A DNA stretch of 64,000 nt, from the NCBI GenBank assembly GCA_030531645.1, contig JAUNNB010000002.1, positions 8,988-72,987 on the forward strand, written 5' to 3'. Source of the DNA: Candidatus Saccharimonadota bacterium (GTDB taxonomy: Bacteria; Patescibacteriota; Saccharimonadia; Saccharimonadales; Saccharimonadaceae). Numbering within the stretch: position 1 is the first letter of the stretch; every line of letters begins with the position of its first letter. Made by a program: the position numbers and the translations under genes. The notes beneath the pieces were generated by a model that worked only from the letters and a program-made list of their open reading frames with translations, was not told the origin of the DNA and ran no database searches. Below are positions 36,922 to 46,394 of this stretch, piece after piece.

Positions 36922-37821
36922 ATGAATAAGAAATGGAAGTTTGTTGTTCTAGGTCTCGAGGTCATCGCACTTATCGGACTCACGGTTGCTTTAATTGCGT
37001 TTTTACGCAGTGAAAAGAAGGCGTCTCAGCCGGTCCAGGTTGAAATCAAGGATGTGGATGAGATGCTTGTCGAAGAAGCATCTACGGTAGAAGCTCTAAC
37101 TGAAATAGTAGACGACTTGACAGCGGTGCAAACCGTGCAGGCTGCCGAGCTACAGACTGGCACGATTGGTGCTGGCACGATTGCCGTAGAGATGGCAGAA
37201 GTGTCCGCAGAGCCACAAGCAGTAGAATTGCCTTATCTTGTGGACGCGACACCATTTGTGTATTGTGATGTAAACGCTGGATTAAATTTGCGCGAAGGAC
37301 CATCTACAGAAAGTAAGAAACTAACCACGCTCCACCGTGGTGCTGCCGCTGCCGTAATTGGCGAAGAAAACGGTTGGTACCATGTCATTTATAACGGTAT
37401 CGAAGGGTATTTGGATAAGAATTATGTAAGTAATGCTATTCAGAGTGAATATCGGTTCGTTGTAAATCGAACGGAACAGATGTTTAGGATCTACAATAAC
37501 CGTACCGGGGAGGTTCTCTACGAGATTCCCTGCATCACGGGTAGACACGAGACTCAATATGAAACTCCGACCGGAATATTCTGTGTTTATTATATGCAAA
37601 AGAACGCCCATCTTCGTAAATATAATGTCGATGTTTACTACTGGGTCGCTATCAATGGCGGCATAGGTATCCACGACGCGAGATGGCGCACAGAAGACGA
37701 ATTCACCCCCGACCGTTATGGCTACGACGGCAGTCACGGCTGTATTAACATTACAGTTGCTAACATGCCGACAATATATAATCTCATTCAAAAAGGCAAT
37801 ATCGTTGAGATTGTAGAGTAG
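36922..37821 (+). CDS. L,D-transpeptidase (YkuD) with SH3b domain and N-terminal TM
   Basis: LNLREGPST...GWYHV..NGIEGY SH3b; IGIHDA...SHGCIN YkuD active site. Confidence 0.9.
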   Translation: MNKKWKFVVLGLEVIALIGLTVALIAFLRSEKKASQPVQVEIKDVDEMLVEEASTVEALTEIVDDLTAVQTVQAAELQTGTIGAGTIAVEMAEVSAEPQAVELPYLVDATPFVYCDVNAGLNLREGPSTESKKLTTLHRGAAAAVIGEENGWYHVIYNGIEGYLDKNYVSNAIQSEYRFVVNRTEQMFRIYNNRTGEVLYEIPCITGRHETQYETPTGIFCVYYMQKNAHLRKYNVDVYYWVAINGGIGIHDARWRTEDEFTPDRYGYDGSHGCINITVANMPTIYNLIQKGNIVEIVE

Positions 37822-37863
37822 CACAAAAAAGCCCGCCATACCCCCTTGGCGGGCTCTTTTATT

Positions 37864-38265
37864 TTAGTAGACTTTCACGAGGATTTCGCCACCGAGTCTC
37901 TGAGCGCGAGCTTCTTCGCCGGTCATGATACCACGGTTAGTGGACATGAGGACGATGCCACGGCCAGATTTGACCTTAGGGATTTCATCGGCTGCGCAGT
38001 AAACGCGACGGCCTGGTTTAGAAACCTTAGAAATCTCGTTGATGCGAGCGATTTCGCCCGGATTCACGATTACGACATGGAGGGTGCCACGAGGGGTGCC
38101 TTCTTCAACGTTAAAGTCGGCGATGAATTTAGCTTTTTTCAATGCTTCACATACGGCAACTTTAAGCTTGGAAGTTGGAACACGAACTTCGTTCTTGCCA
38201 ACCATGAGAGCGTTGCGGATACGGGTGATTAAGTCTGCGATTTGATCTGTTGATTGTAATGACAT
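37864..38265 (-). CDS. rpsH: 30S ribosomal protein S8
   Basis: DQIADLITRIRNA, SKPGRRVY and STNRGIM motifs. Confidence 0.97.
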   Translation of the reverse strand: MSLQSTDQIADLITRIRNALMVGKNEVRVPTSKLKVAVCEALKKAKFIADFNVEEGTPRGTLHVVIVNPGEIARINEISKVSKPGRRVYCAADEIPKVKSGRGIVLMSTNRGIMTGEEARAQRLGGEILVKVY

Positions 38266-38281
38266 ATTAACTCCTTTCTCC

Positions 38282-38551
38282 TTACCAACTGCTCTTTGTT
38301 ACACCAGGGATTTCACCCTTGCTTGCTTTTTCACGGAAGGTGATACGGCTCATGCCGAAGCGGCGCATATAGCCACGAGGGCGGCCGTCGAGCATGTCGC
38401 GATTCTTAAGACGGGTTGGTGATGCATTGCGTGGGAGCTTCTGAAGTCCTACGAGGTCACCAGCGGCCTTAAGTTCAGCGCGCTTAGCCTTATATTTCTC
38501 ATTCATTTGACGCCTTTTTTCGTCACGGAGAACTGCTGATTTCTTAGCCAT
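38282..38551 (-). CDS. rpsN: 30S ribosomal protein S14 (89-aa Cys-free type)
   Basis: MAKKS...[22 protein letters not shown]...GVTKSSW. Confidence 0.97.
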   Translation of the reverse strand: MAKKSAVLRDEKRRQMNEKYKAKRAELKAAGDLVGLQKLPRNASPTRLKNRDMLDGRPRGYMRRFGMSRITFREKASKGEIPGVTKSSW

Positions 38552-38552
38552 A

Positions 38553-39131
38553 TTACTTCTCCTCCTTCTCAAAAGGCATACCAAAGCTTTCTAACAATTT
38601 AATGCTTCCTTCCTTAGAGCCATTCTTAATAATAAATGTAACTTCGAGACCGTGTAAGACGCTGGAATCTTCGAAAGTAATCTCTGGGAAAACAGTTTGT
38701 TCCCTGAGGCCGAGGGAGTAATTACCCTGGGCGTCGAAGCTCTTCTTGGAGACGCCGTGGAAGTCACGAACATGTGGAAGAGCGACGTTGATTAAACGAT
38801 CGACGAATTCATACATCTTGTCGTTACGAAGAGTTACGAGGTAACCGACAGGAGCACCCATGCCTTTTCTGATCTTGAAAGTAGCGATAGACTTCTTTGC
38901 AAGACGAGAGGTTGGAGCCTGACCGGTAATCTTAGCGAGTGTAAGTTCGACGGTTTCGGTGAAGCGCTTATCTTCGCGTTTCTTACCGACGCCACAAGAT
39001 ACGATAACTTTTTCAAGTTTTGGAACCTTGTTGACATTGTCGAGTTTCAATTCTTTTTCAAGAGACTTAACAATCTCTTTGTTGTATTTTTCCTTAAGAC
39101 GTGGAATATACTTATCAGATTTAGCTACCAT
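38553..39131 (-). CDS. rplE: 50S ribosomal protein L5
   Basis: [11 protein letters not shown] and RDFHG motifs. Confidence 0.97.
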   Translation of the reverse strand: MVAKSDKYIPRLKEKYNKEIVKSLEKELKLDNVNKVPKLEKVIVSCGVGKKREDKRFTETVELTLAKITGQAPTSRLAKKSIATFKIRKGMGAPVGYLVTLRNDKMYEFVDRLINVALPHVRDFHGVSKKSFDAQGNYSLGLREQTVFPEITFEDSSVLHGLEVTFIIKNGSKEGSIKLLESFGMPFEKEEK

Positions 39132-39358
39132 TACTTACCCTCCTTCTTAAGATTAGAGAGGTCGATGCCAAGGTGAACGGTCTTCTTGCCACCCTGTGGG
39201 CGATAAGCTGACTTTGCAATGTGGCGTTCGACTACATTGATACCTTCGAGGTAGGCTTTGTGTTCTTTTGGTGAGACCTTGACGATTTTAGCGGTTTCGC
39301 CTTTGTGGGCGCCAGCGATAACTTTAACAGTGTCACCAGTTTTCAAATTCTGTGCCAT
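39131..39358 (-). CDS. rplX: 50S ribosomal protein L24 (short)
   Basis: GDTVKVIAGAHKG KOW motif and EGINV. Confidence 0.95.
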   Translation of the reverse strand: MAQNLKTGDTVKVIAGAHKGETAKIVKVSPKEHKAYLEGINVVERHIAKSAYRPQGGKKTVHLGIDLSNLKKEGK

Positions 39359-39359
39359 A

Positions 39360-39728
39360 TTAGAGTACCTCCGGTGCTAAGCTGATAATCTTGGTATAAC
39401 CGAGGTCGCGGAGTTCGCGAGGGACTGGCCCGAAAACACGAGTACCTCTTGGGGTTTTGTCGTCGTTGATAAGAACGGCGGCGTTGTCGTCAAAGCGGAT
39501 GGTTGAACCATCTGGACGACGAATCTGAGCGCGGGTGCGGACGATAACTGCCTTCACCACAGCTTTCTTCTTAACGTTGCCTGTTGGAGATGCGTCCTTT
39601 ACGCTACAAGTGACAATGTCACCAACACGAGCGTAGCGAGCGCGAGTACCACCGAGGACACGGATTACTCCAAGTTCCTTGGCGCCACTGTTGTCAGCAA
39701 CGTGTAATCTAGTTTCCTGTTGGATCAT
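39360..39728 (-). CDS. rplN: 50S ribosomal protein L14
   Basis: [17 protein letters not shown]...ISLAPEVL. Confidence 0.98.
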   Translation of the reverse strand: MIQQETRLHVADNSGAKELGVIRVLGGTRARYARVGDIVTCSVKDASPTGNVKKKAVVKAVIVRTRAQIRRPDGSTIRFDDNAAVLINDDKTPRGTRVFGPVPRELRDLGYTKIISLAPEVL

Positions 39729-40054
39729 TATTCTTTCTCCTTTTCAGCGGTTTCGACTGCTTCCGCTTTTTCATTCTTTACTTCTAAAACGTCTTCCTTG
39801 AGCGCAATAGTACCGTGAGATTTCTCGAGAACCTTAACGAGCTTGAAGCTACAGGTCTTTGAGAATGGGCGGCAGGCGACGATTTCGACCTTGTCACCCA
39901 TGTGGGCTTCGTTCTTCTCATCGTGAGCGGTGTATTTACGAGTGTGTGAATACTGCTTGCGATAGAGAGGATGAGTCTCACGAGAAGTGATAGAGACGGT
40001 GATTGTCTTGTCGCGCTTATCGGAAGTAACAATACCAATTAAAGATGTTGCCAT
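39728..40054 (-). CDS. rpsQ: 30S ribosomal protein S17
   Basis: GIVTSDK..KTI, HPLY and AHDEKN motifs. Confidence 0.96.
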   Translation of the reverse strand: MATSLIGIVTSDKRDKTITVSITSRETHPLYRKQYSHTRKYTAHDEKNEAHMGDKVEIVACRPFSKTCSFKLVKVLEKSHGTIALKEDVLEVKNEKAEAVETAEKEKE

Positions 40055-40055
40055 A

Positions 40056-40286
40056 TTATTTACCTTCCTTTGCATTCTGCGCGGTAAGTTTGCGCGCGAT
40101 TTCTTTCTTAATCGAATTAATCATATGAGGATTTGTAAGAGTACCTTCGAAGAGGCTGCGGCGTGCGATAAGCAAGTTAGCCTGGAGTTCTTCTACGGAA
40201 AGCTTCTTCAAATCGACTTTAGCGTCAGATTTCTTGACGGTAGCCTTGGTGGCCTTCTCGTCAGCTTTTTTCTTAAGAGCAACCAT
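40056..40286 (-). CDS. rpmC: 50S ribosomal protein L29
   Basis: Position between rplP and rpsQ; NPHMINSIKKEIAR motif. Confidence 0.9.
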   Translation of the reverse strand: MVALKKKADEKATKATVKKSDAKVDLKKLSVEELQANLLIARRSLFEGTLTNPHMINSIKKEIARKLTAQNAKEGK

Positions 40287-40705
40287 TAGAATTCCTCCTT
40301 CTTGATAATCTTACAGCGAACCGGGAGTTTGTGAGAAGCGAGGCGAAGAGCTTCCTTAGCCTGCTCCTCGGTCACATCGGCGAGCTCGAACATAACTGTG
40401 CCAGCTTTGACCTTAGCGACGAAGAACTGAGGTTCACCTTTACCAGAACCCATCTTAACATCAAGAGGTTTCTTAGTAACTGGGGTGTGTGGGAAGATGC
40501 GAATCCAGATTTTACCACCACGCTTGATGTAGCGGGTGATGGACTGACGAGCAGCCTCAATCTGTTTTGAATTGATACGCTCATTGTCGAGTGACATGAG
40601 ACCCCAATCGCCGAAGCTCACAGTATTGCAGCGAGTGGCGATACCTTCGTTTTTACCTTTGCGGACCTTGCGGTGTGCGGTTTTTCTTGGAAGTAAAATT
40701 GCCAT
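40286..40705 (-). CDS. rplP: 50S ribosomal protein L16
   Basis: QIEAAR, WIRIFPH and MGSGKG motifs. Confidence 0.97.
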   Translation of the reverse strand: MAILLPRKTAHRKVRKGKNEGIATRCNTVSFGDWGLMSLDNERINSKQIEAARQSITRYIKRGGKIWIRIFPHTPVTKKPLDVKMGSGKGEPQFFVAKVKAGTVMFELADVTEEQAKEALRLASHKLPVRCKIIKKEEF

Positions 40706-40707
40706 AA

Positions 40708-41334
40708 TTATTTCTCTCCCTTATAGATCCAAACCTTCACGCCGACGATACCTGCAATTGTAGGTGCGTGATGACAGTAGAAATCGATGTCTGCACGAAG
40801 CGTATGTAGAGGAACTGAACCCTCGATGAATTTCTCACGGCGGGACATCTCAGCACCGTTCAAACGACCGGCGACCTCGATACGAACACCCTTAGCACCA
40901 GCGGTCATAGTTGACTGAGTAGCCATCTTGACGGCACGGCGGAAATTCATACGCTTACCGAGCTGGAAACCGATATTTTCGGCAACGAGTTTTGCGGAAA
41001 GTTCAGGTTTCTTAACTTCTTCAACATTGATACGAACTGGGGTAGAAGTGAACTTTTCAAGTTCCTTCTTGAGTTCGTTGATACCAGCGCCTTGTTTGCC
41101 GATAACTGCACCAGCCTTGGCAGTCAAGATAGTGACTGTAGTAAGGTTGTCAGTACGCTCGATGTTAACTTTAGCGATGGTTGGGCGAGCCTTGAAACGA
41201 TTTTCGACGGTCTCGCGAATCTTAACGTCTTCGACTAACCAGTGACGGAAGTCGGACTTCTTAGTGAACCACTTGGAAGACCAATCCTTCGTAGTCTGAA
41301 GACGGTAGGATACTGGGTTAACTTTCTGTCCCAT
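40708..41334 (-). CDS. rpsC: 30S ribosomal protein S3
   Basis: MGQKVNP, GRLNGAEM and PLHTLRADID motifs. Confidence 0.97.
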   Translation of the reverse strand: MGQKVNPVSYRLQTTKDWSSKWFTKKSDFRHWLVEDVKIRETVENRFKARPTIAKVNIERTDNLTTVTILTAKAGAVIGKQGAGINELKKELEKFTSTPVRINVEEVKKPELSAKLVAENIGFQLGKRMNFRRAVKMATQSTMTAGAKGVRIEVAGRLNGAEMSRREKFIEGSVPLHTLRADIDFYCHHAPTIAGIVGVKVWIYKGEK

Positions 41335-41741
41335 TACTTGTCCTCCTTTTTAGATTCTTTTTTCTCGACTGGTTTCTTCTCTGCTTTCTTTTCCTTTTCT
41401 TCAGCAGCGACCTCTACGAAGATGTTTGAGCTGATCTTTTCGTAAGGGAGGGCGCGACCGCGAGATGCAGGAACATAACGGCGCATACGAGAACCGGCAG
41501 TAACAGAGATGCGAGCGATGCGAATAGTTTTCACATCGAGGCTTGCGCCAGAATTTAATAGGTTTGCCTTAGCAGATTCGACGGCCTTGAGGACCGGGCG
41601 GGCTGCACGGCGTGGGGTATTCTCGAGAATGACGATTGCGTCAGCGACGTAACGGTCACGAACGAGAGATGCGACGATAGAAGTCTTGCGAGGCTGGCTA
41701 TCGACACCTTTGATATATGCGTGAGCGAATTTAGTAGCCAT
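41334..41741 (-). CDS. rplV: 50S ribosomal protein L22
   Basis: PRK, SAKAN and PASRGRA motifs; position after rpsS. Confidence 0.94.
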   Translation of the reverse strand: MATKFAHAYIKGVDSQPRKTSIVASLVRDRYVADAIVILENTPRRAARPVLKAVESAKANLLNSGASLDVKTIRIARISVTAGSRMRRYVPASRGRALPYEKISSNIFVEVAAEEKEKKAEKKPVEKKESKKEDK

Positions 41742-42034
41742 TAGTTAGCTCCTTTCGCTGCAGCAGCTTCGGCGGCTTTCTTGCCACCGTGGCGCTTAAA
41801 CTTACGTGTAGGCGCGAACTCACCGAGTTTGTGACCGACCATGTTTTCGGTAATCAAAACTGGGACGTGGACCTTGCCGTTATGAACGGCGACGGTGCGA
41901 CCAACCATCTCTGGGAAAATTGTAGAGTGGCGAGCCCAAGTCTTGACGACGGTGCGATCTTCGAGTGAGAGACTCTTAATCTTTTTCTCTAGTTTATAGT
42001 CCACAAATGGACCTTTCTTAAGGCTACGAGACAT
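41741..42034 (-). CDS. rpsS: 30S ribosomal protein S19
   Basis: [10 protein letters not shown] and [13 protein letters not shown] motifs. Confidence 0.98.
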   Translation of the reverse strand: MSRSLKKGPFVDYKLEKKIKSLSLEDRTVVKTWARHSTIFPEMVGRTVAVHNGKVHVPVLITENMVGHKLGEFAPTRKFKRHGGKKAAEAAAAKGAN

Positions 42035-42037
42035 AGA

Positions 42038-42874
42038 TTATTTCCTCTTTCCTTCGTGACGACTACGCACGATCATTTTATTAGTTTTCTTATTATGGCG
42101 AGTACGATAACCGAGTGTGAGCTGACCCCATGGTGTACGAGGAGCTTTACCGGTACCGTGACGACCACCGTCACCACCACCGTGTGGGTGATCTGTTGCG
42201 TTCATCACAACACCACGAACGGTTGGGCGGATACCTTTATGGCGACGACGACCTGCGGCACCAATCTTGATATTCTGATGCTGGACGTTGCCAACTGTAC
42301 CGATAGAAGCTTCGCAGCTCACGAGAACTTTGCGGACTTCACCGGAAGGCATCTTAAGGGTGGCATAGCCATTTTCCTTAGCCATTAACTGTGCGCTTGT
42401 ACCAGCAGCGCGGACCATCTGGGCACCGCGGCCTGGTGTAAGCTCAATAGCGTAAATAAATGTACCAACTGGAATCTGTTCGAGTGGAAGACGGTTAGAA
42501 GTCTCAACAGGGGCTTCAGCACCGGTCTTAAAGGTAGAACCTTTAGTCATGTTGGTATCTGCGAGCGTATAATAATATACGTCATTTTCGTCCTTAATAC
42601 GAGCGATGCGTGCGGAACGATTTGGATCGTATTCGATTTCCATCACGGTATAGGTCATATCTTTAGGTAGATTGTGGGTAAGAATACGGTAATGACGCTT
42701 GACACCGCCGCCACGATGACGAACGGTGATGCGACCCGTATTATTCTTACCAGCCTGCTGCTTCTTAGCTTTGGTCAAAGACTTAAGAGGTTTCTTTGTC
42801 GTGATTTCGGCAAAGTCCTGAGTAGTCTTCTGGCGCTGAGCTGGAGTAGTAGGGCGATATTCTCTGAGGGCCAT
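42038..42874 (-). CDS. rplB: 50S ribosomal protein L2
   Basis: EYDPNRSARI and MNATDHPHGGG motifs. Confidence 0.98.
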   Translation of the reverse strand: MALREYRPTTPAQRQKTTQDFAEITTKKPLKSLTKAKKQQAGKNNTGRITVRHRGGGVKRHYRILTHNLPKDMTYTVMEIEYDPNRSARIARIKDENDVYYYTLADTNMTKGSTFKTGAEAPVETSNRLPLEQIPVGTFIYAIELTPGRGAQMVRAAGTSAQLMAKENGYATLKMPSGEVRKVLVSCEASIGTVGNVQHQNIKIGAAGRRRHKGIRPTVRGVVMNATDHPHGGGDGGRHGTGKAPRTPWGQLTLGYRTRHNKKTNKMIVRSRHEGKRK

Positions 42875-43203
42875 TACTTTTCTCCTTTCTTAGAGCTTTT
42901 GCTGGTCTCTTCTTCTTTAACCTCTTCAAATAGAGGGATCTTGTTGCCTTCTACGAGGGTAACATAAGCGATACGCTTGTCTTTGCGGAAAGTTGTGCCA
43001 GGATAAGCGTGTTTACCCTTGCTGAAACGAGTCTTTTTGCCTTTGCGGGTGAGGATGCGAACATCTTTAACTTTCACACCGTAGAGAGCTTCGACTGATG
43101 CGGCAACTTCTTGCTTAGAACCATCTTCGGAAAGGGTGAAGATGTAAGTATTATTAACCTGAGCGCGATATGCTTTCTCAGTAGTTTTAGGAATAACTAA
43201 CAT
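42874..43203 (-). CDS. rplW: 50S ribosomal protein L23
   Basis: TEKA, YGVKV and KRIAYVTL motifs. Confidence 0.94.
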   Translation of the reverse strand: MLVIPKTTEKAYRAQVNNTYIFTLSEDGSKQEVAASVEALYGVKVKDVRILTRKGKKTRFSKGKHAYPGTTFRKDKRIAYVTLVEGNKIPLFEEVKEEETSKSSKKGEK

Positions 43204-43808
43204 TATTTAGACTCCTTTCCAAGCAACCAGTTTTCAGTTGCTTTAAGAGCTGACTCACCAAAGACGATAGCGTCTGCGTTCATAATGTCGAAGACATTGA
43301 GGTAAGTAGCGCGGACGAGCTTAACATTTGGCAAGTTATTAGTAGAACGAAGAAGTTCTGGAGTCTTTTCTGCACAAACAGCGAGGACATTCTTGCCGTC
43401 GAGCTTGAGATTCTTAAGAGCTTTAGCTGCGGTTTTGACCTTGCCATCTGCCTTAAAATCAGCTTCAGTGATAACTTTAACAGCTTTGTCTGCGTTCTTG
43501 ATGCTGAGAGCTTGCATAATTGCAACCTTCTTAGCATTGCGGGCGAGATTCTTGCTGAAGTTTTCTTCGCCAGTGCGGCCACCAGCCACACCACCATGGC
43601 GCCAGATAGGGTTGCGGGTGCTACCAAAGCGTGCACGACCGGTGCCTTTCTGCTTCCAAGGTTTTTTACCACCACCGGAGACTTCGCTACGGGTCATAGT
43701 CTTTGCATGAGAACTACGAGAGTTAGCGAGATATGCATCGTAGGCGGTTTTGATTAATTCATAATTTGTAACTTCGAGACCGAAGATATCTTTACTTAGC
43801 GTAGCCAT
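43203..43808 (-). CDS. rplD: 50S ribosomal protein L4
   Basis: RSEVSGGGKKPWKQKGTGRARFGS motif. Confidence 0.97.
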   Translation of the reverse strand: MATLSKDIFGLEVTNYELIKTAYDAYLANSRSSHAKTMTRSEVSGGGKKPWKQKGTGRARFGSTRNPIWRHGGVAGGRTGEENFSKNLARNAKKVAIMQALSIKNADKAVKVITEADFKADGKVKTAAKALKNLKLDGKNVLAVCAEKTPELLRSTNNLPNVKLVRATYLNVFDIMNADAIVFGESALKATENWLLGKESK

Positions 43809-43809
43809 A

Positions 43810-44427
43810 TTACTCCTTTCCCTCCACAGTTACAATTCCTTTCTTAGGACCAGGGACTGCGCCTTTGAGACCTAAGAGATTATTCTCTTTGTCGATGTAA
43901 GCGACCACAAGGTTCTTGACCGTGACTTGATCATGACCCATGCGACCAGGCATTTTCTTACCCTTAAAGACTTTCTGAGGATACATCGAGCCGATAGAAC
44001 CGACTTTGCGGATGTCGCCTTTGAAACCGTGAGTGTTGCGGGACTCGTTGAAGTTCCAGCGCTTTACTGTACCGGCGTAGCCTTTACCTTTAGAGATACC
44101 GGTTACAGTAACCTTATCTCCAAGTTCGAAAGATTCGACAGTGATTATATCACCGAGTTTGATTTCAGCGATATCGTCAGTGCGAAACTCTTTTAATGTT
44201 TTAGGGGCGAGGTCTTTGCCTGCCTTTTTGACGTGGCCGTCAACCGACTTGCTCAGATTCTTACCCTGACCGTAACCAAGCTGCACAGCGTTATAACCAT
44301 CGGTTTCGACGGTTTTAATCTGAGTCACTGTGGCTGGGCCGGCTTGAAGGATTGTAACAGGGGTTACGAGTCCATCTTCACCGATGATCTGGGTCATACC
44401 AATTTTGGTGCCGAGAATGACTTTCAT
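43810..44427 (-). CDS. rplC: 50S ribosomal protein L3
   Basis: GTKIGMTQ, SKGKGYAG and KGKKMPGRMG motifs. Confidence 0.97.
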   Translation of the reverse strand: MKVILGTKIGMTQIIGEDGLVTPVTILQAGPATVTQIKTVETDGYNAVQLGYGQGKNLSKSVDGHVKKAGKDLAPKTLKEFRTDDIAEIKLGDIITVESFELGDKVTVTGISKGKGYAGTVKRWNFNESRNTHGFKGDIRKVGSIGSMYPQKVFKGKKMPGRMGHDQVTVKNLVVAYIDKENNLLGLKGAVPGPKKGIVTVEGKE

Positions 44428-44556
44428 CTTTTCCTTTCCTTTATCACGCAAGCACCTAGACTATCTAGTAGTTCCGATTTCGCTCATAGATTACGTCTAG
44501 AGGAGCAAAATGGCTTGCTATCTTAGTCTAGTATTCGCGTATTTAATATACTTTAC
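44428..44556 (-). promoter_or_regulatory. Structured 5' leader of the rplC operon
   Basis: TAAAAT at 44563-44568; nested stems CTAGACTA/TAGTCTAG and ATTTTGCTC/GAGCGAAAT. Confidence 0.5.
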
Positions 44557-44716
44557 GTGCTTATTTTATCATATTTTAAAATAAAAAACAAGGGGTTTGA
44601 TTAAAATAAACTTTACATTGACATATAAGCATAAGTATGGTAAAATATGCGCGAGGAGAGGTGTCGAGGCACCTTGAATTGACCTTTCAAAATCTTTTTT
44701 AAGGAGGAATTGAACA

Positions 44717-45580
44717 ATGCGCAAAGTTCAGAAGTTCCTGGCCATAGCGATTATGGCCGCCCTGTTCGTGTCTCTGGCGGTTCCCGCCGTGACACTGGCA
44801 GAAAACCGTAAGGTGGAAAGCGTGTCCTATGCTGATGTGTCCTCGTCTCATAAGTATAGCAGTGCAATCCTTGAGATCGGCGGCTACGGCGGCTTAGTAG
44901 ACTTCGCCTACTCCGGAGGTTATTTCTATCCTGACAACATCATAACCCAGGCTGAATTCGATGCCATCCTCGTTCGTTTGTATGGGGCTAACGCGAAGCC
45001 GTATGATGCTAATACGACTAAGGCCACCCAGGCATGGGCGACAGCGAAGCTTACCGAACAGGCGAGTGTCTATGGAGTCGATATGTGGTGGAGCGGCGGT
45101 GATAAGAACGCCACGATTACCAGAGGTCAGGCTTGTCTTTATATCAGTGGGGCGATTCACTGCGACAGCCGTCTGATACCCCAGGTGATCACGAACGATC
45201 AGAATCACAATAACCCGAATCCGAGCACAAGGCCACCTCAGCCGGCACCAGGCAACAACAATCCGCCGCCTCAGAATCCGAATGCCAACAGCATCTATAT
45301 TACCAAAGCCGAGTTTATCCAGCAGATGCTCTGTAGGTGGGATGCTAAGTATGTGGATACCCGTGAGATGTGCTCTTATGATTTCGCAACCAAAGGTTGG
45401 GCCTGCGATATGCTGACCAACACTGGTCATCAAATCTCAGGCGTGAACGGCAGAGGCGGAATTACCGTTAACTGGGATTGGAGTGGATGCTCTCGCGACA
45501 GCTACTGTAAGAAAACAGATGCAACAGAACTTATCAATGCGTTCATCAATTGTGACGTGGTTTTTAAACCGACAAAGTAA
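44717..45580 (+). CDS. Secreted SLH-like domain protein (paralog 1)
   Basis: Signal peptide; YADV..SH.Y...FYPD..IT.AEF..ILVRL and ITRGQA SLH-type motifs; Pro/Asn linker; Cys-rich third repeat. Confidence 0.7.
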   Translation: MRKVQKFLAIAIMAALFVSLAVPAVTLAENRKVESVSYADVSSSHKYSSAILEIGGYGGLVDFAYSGGYFYPDNIITQAEFDAILVRLYGANAKPYDANTTKATQAWATAKLTEQASVYGVDMWWSGGDKNATITRGQACLYISGAIHCDSRLIPQVITNDQNHNNPNPSTRPPQPAPGNNNPPPQNPNANSIYITKAEFIQQMLCRWDAKYVDTREMCSYDFATKGWACDMLTNTGHQISGVNGRGGITVNWDWSGCSRDSYCKKTDATELINAFINCDVVFKPTK

Positions 45581-45746
45581 TACTCCTCGTACCTTTAAAA
45601 AGGCTCCTTTCGGGGCCTTTTTAGTGTCTTAACACCTTAGGATATTGACAAAAAGCCATAAGTGTGATATAATAAAAGACGAAACCTGGCGATATTTCTT
45701 CTATCGCTGTTTTCGCACACTATATCTTTAGAAGGAGGTGTGAACT

Positions 45747-46295
45747 ATGAAGAAAATAGTTCCCCAAAAGTTCATCGCCATTTTTATGATGGCACTGCTA
45801 CTCTGTTCACTGTTGCCCACAACAACCGTTTCGGCAGCATCGAAGAAGTTCTCCTTTGCTGATGTGGAATCAAGTCATGTGTACTACAAGCAAATTATGG
45901 AGATCGGTAAGATGGGTGGCCTGAAAGGTCTGGCAAGGAAAGGAGAGAAATTCTACCCGGATAAGAAGATTACGAAGGGTGAGTTCTGTTCTATCTTGGT
46001 GAGGCTGTATGGCGAAGACAAGGTATCGGCAAGCGACAAGCCAAATCAGAAGGTGAAGCAATCTTGGGCGACCAAGAAGCTAACCAATCTAGCGGCAACA
46101 CTCGACGTCGATTTGAATTGGACAGGCGGTGACAAAACTGCAACTATCACTCGAGGCCAAGCTTGTAAGTTTATCAGCTCGGTAATTCATTGTGATTCAC
46201 GTCTGAATCCGAAGAATGTGGAGGTTAGCGTGACTAATCCCTGCCCTAGTGTAGGAATTCCACCAGTATACGGTTGGAAGCCAAAGAACTTTTGA
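45747..46295 (+). CDS. Secreted SLH-like domain protein (paralog 2)
   Basis: Signal peptide; FADVESSHVY...FYPDKKITKGEF..ILVRLYG and GGDKTATITRGQAC shared with paralog 1. Confidence 0.7.
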   Translation: MKKIVPQKFIAIFMMALLLCSLLPTTTVSAASKKFSFADVESSHVYYKQIMEIGKMGGLKGLARKGEKFYPDKKITKGEFCSILVRLYGEDKVSASDKPNQKVKQSWATKKLTNLAATLDVDLNWTGGDKTATITRGQACKFISSVIHCDSRLNPKNVEVSVTNPCPSVGIPPVYGWKPKNF

Positions 46296-46394
46296 AACTA
46301 TTAACTTTAAGTAACACCATGGAAGGCCCCGGAGTTTGGGGTCTTTTTCCGGCCCCAAAAAAGCCCCCTATAAAGGGGCTTTTTTAGTGGCAGA

